A stretch of DNA of 55,534 nt from Alphaproteobacteria bacterium MarineAlpha5_Bin7 (lineage in GTDB: Bacteria; Pseudomonadota; Alphaproteobacteria; HIMB59; GCA-002718135). The DNA is taken from NCBI GenBank assembly GCA_002938195.1, contig PTKX01000006.1:1-55534 (forward strand), given 5' to 3'. Within the stretch, counting starts at the first letter, position 1. Every line of letters starts with the position of its first letter. A program made the translations under genes and the position numbers. The notes under the pieces were generated by a model, which ran no database searches, was not told the origin of the DNA, and saw only the letters and a program-made list of their open reading frames with translations. Below, in pieces: positions 54,240 to 55,534 of the stretch.

Positions 54240-54268
54240 TTGACATTATAAGATCAGTTCCATAACCA
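54240..54268 (+). promoter_or_regulatory. Putative sigma70 promoter for the ABC ATPase
   Basis: TTGACA-17 bp-TAACCA; SD AAGGAG upstream of TTG 54295. Confidence 0.6.
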
Positions 54269-54294
54269 ATATTATTAAATAAAGGAGAATTATT

Positions 54295-55380
54295 TTGTCT
54301 AATTCAGAAGGATTTGTCATATTTGATAAAATAGATAAAAGCTATGATGGTGAATCTCTTGTTGTTAGGAATTTAAATTTAAATATATCTAAAGGTGAAT
54401 TTGTTACGATGCTTGGCCCTTCTGGCTCAGGAAAAACAACTACACTGATGATGTTAGCTGGATTCGAAACTCCAACAAATGGTGAGATTTTTCTCGATAA
54501 TAATCCAATTAGCAAAATCCCTCCGTATGAAAGAGAAATTGGAATGGTTTTTCAAAACTATGCTTTATTTCCTCACATGACTGTTCAAGAAAATTTATCA
54601 TTTCCTTTAGAGGTTAGAAAAATTTCAAAATCTGAAGTTAAAGAAAAAGTTCAGAAAGCGCTTGATATGGTTGAACTAGGAAGTTTTGGCACAAGATTTC
54701 CTGCTCAGCTTTCTGGAGGACAGCAACAAAGAGTAGCTTTAGCAAGAGCGCTTGTATTTGAGCCAAGACTTGTATTAATGGATGAACCTCTTGGAGCTTT
54801 AGATAAAAATTTAAGAGAGCAAATGCAATATGAAATAAAACATATTCATGACAGGATTGGTATAACAGTTGTTTATGTTACTCATGACCAAAGCGAAGCA
54901 CTTACAATGTCGAACAGGATTGCAGTATTCAACGATGGTGTTGTGCAACAATTATCAACTCCTGACATATTATATGAAAAACCTGAAAATTCATTTGTTG
55001 CAAAATTTATTGGAGAAAATAATACTCTCAATGGTACTATTAAAGAAATTAACGGAAATATGTGCACTGTTGAACTTAATGACAATAGAGGTTTGGTAAA
55101 AGCGCTAAAGATTAATGTTGACTCTGTTGGAGATAAAACACAACTATCTATTAGACCAGAAAGAGTTGTGATTGGTAATTCTAATTCTCAAGATAATAAC
55201 TTTGAAGGAAAAATACTCGAGCTAATCTATTTGGGCGATCATATTAGAGCAAGACTTGATGCTTGTGGAAATAATGAATTTATCGTAAAAGTTCCCAATG
55301 AAGGAAGTTTTAAACATAAAGAAGGTGATGTTTTGAATTTAAGCTGGAATTCCAATGATGTTCGTGCTTTAGATATTTAA
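54295..55380 (+). CDS. PotA-like (polyamine/opine/phosphonate-class) ABC transporter ATPase
   Basis: GPSGSGKT, VFQNYALFPHM, LSGGQQQR, MDEP, VTHDQ, C-terminal TOBE domain. Confidence 0.93.
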   Translation: MSNSEGFVIFDKIDKSYDGESLVVRNLNLNISKGEFVTMLGPSGSGKTTTLMMLAGFETPTNGEIFLDNNPISKIPPYEREIGMVFQNYALFPHMTVQENLSFPLEVRKISKSEVKEKVQKALDMVELGSFGTRFPAQLSGGQQQRVALARALVFEPRLVLMDEPLGALDKNLREQMQYEIKHIHDRIGITVVYVTHDQSEALTMSNRIAVFNDGVVQQLSTPDILYEKPENSFVAKFIGENNTLNGTIKEINGNMCTVELNDNRGLVKALKINVDSVGDKTQLSIRPERVVIGNSNSQDNNFEGKILELIYLGDHIRARLDACGNNEFIVKVPNEGSFKHKEGDVLNLSWNSNDVRALDI

Positions 55381-55509
55381 TTCATTTTTTCCTTATTTTT
55401 AGCCACATTTTTTTATTTTTTAATCTTTTGTTTATGCTTATGTCATGTTATTACGCTTTTATTACAGACATAATCTAAAGATTAGTTAACTAAAAAATGG
55501 AGGATATAT

Positions 55510-55534
55510 ATGTCTAAAATTTTAAAAGTCTTCT
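55510..55534 (+). CDS. Start of next gene (MSKILKVF...), truncated; probably the ABC solute-binding protein
   Basis: Strong SD GGAGG then ATG at 55510; basic then hydrophobic start. Product inferred only from context. Confidence 0.45.

Noticed and set aside
1440-55099. Many short antisense or alternative-frame ORFs (e.g. 2632-3084, 7847-8341, 19470-20000, 36285-36833, 49264-49644)
   Set aside because: They lie over well-supported genes, show no motifs and are expected shadows of codon bias.

Overview
Very AT-rich, tightly packed window from a streamlined, probably marine alphaproteobacterium. The lineage is inferred from protein style and gene order, not demonstrated. Bases 1-27.6 kb are the core ribosomal superoperon: tRNA-Trp, secE, nusG, rplKAJL, rpoBC, rpsLG, fusA, the S10 and spc operons, secY, adk, rpsMK, rpoA and rplQ. 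It has no tuf after fusA and no rpmD between rpsE and rplO. Bases 27.6-32.6 kb are housekeeping genes: fluC, an RluA-family synthase, lipB, tRNA-Leu, mgtE, bioY and a ROK kinase. Bases 32.6-55.5 kb form a catabolic region for organic-nitrogen osmolytes with no regulator gene. It contains gabD and an AGAT-like amidinotransferase coupled to eutABC, with no canonical eutD or eutE. These are followed by an uncharacterised PLP enzyme, an M20 amidohydrolase, an M24-fold hydrolase without its metal ligands, a Ser-Cys proline-racemase-family protein, soxBDAG and a DmdA/GcvT-like demethylase. The region ends with two DMT transporters, a module of DUF3726, a 553-aa hypothetical protein and an atypical M19 protein, and a PotA-like ABC ATPase. 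The two best candidates for undescribed biology are the amidinotransferase-eutABC-PLP-M20-M24 operon and the DUF3726/553-aa/M19 module. No mobile elements, CRISPR arrays or rRNA were seen. All family calls come from motif recognition, not database searches.
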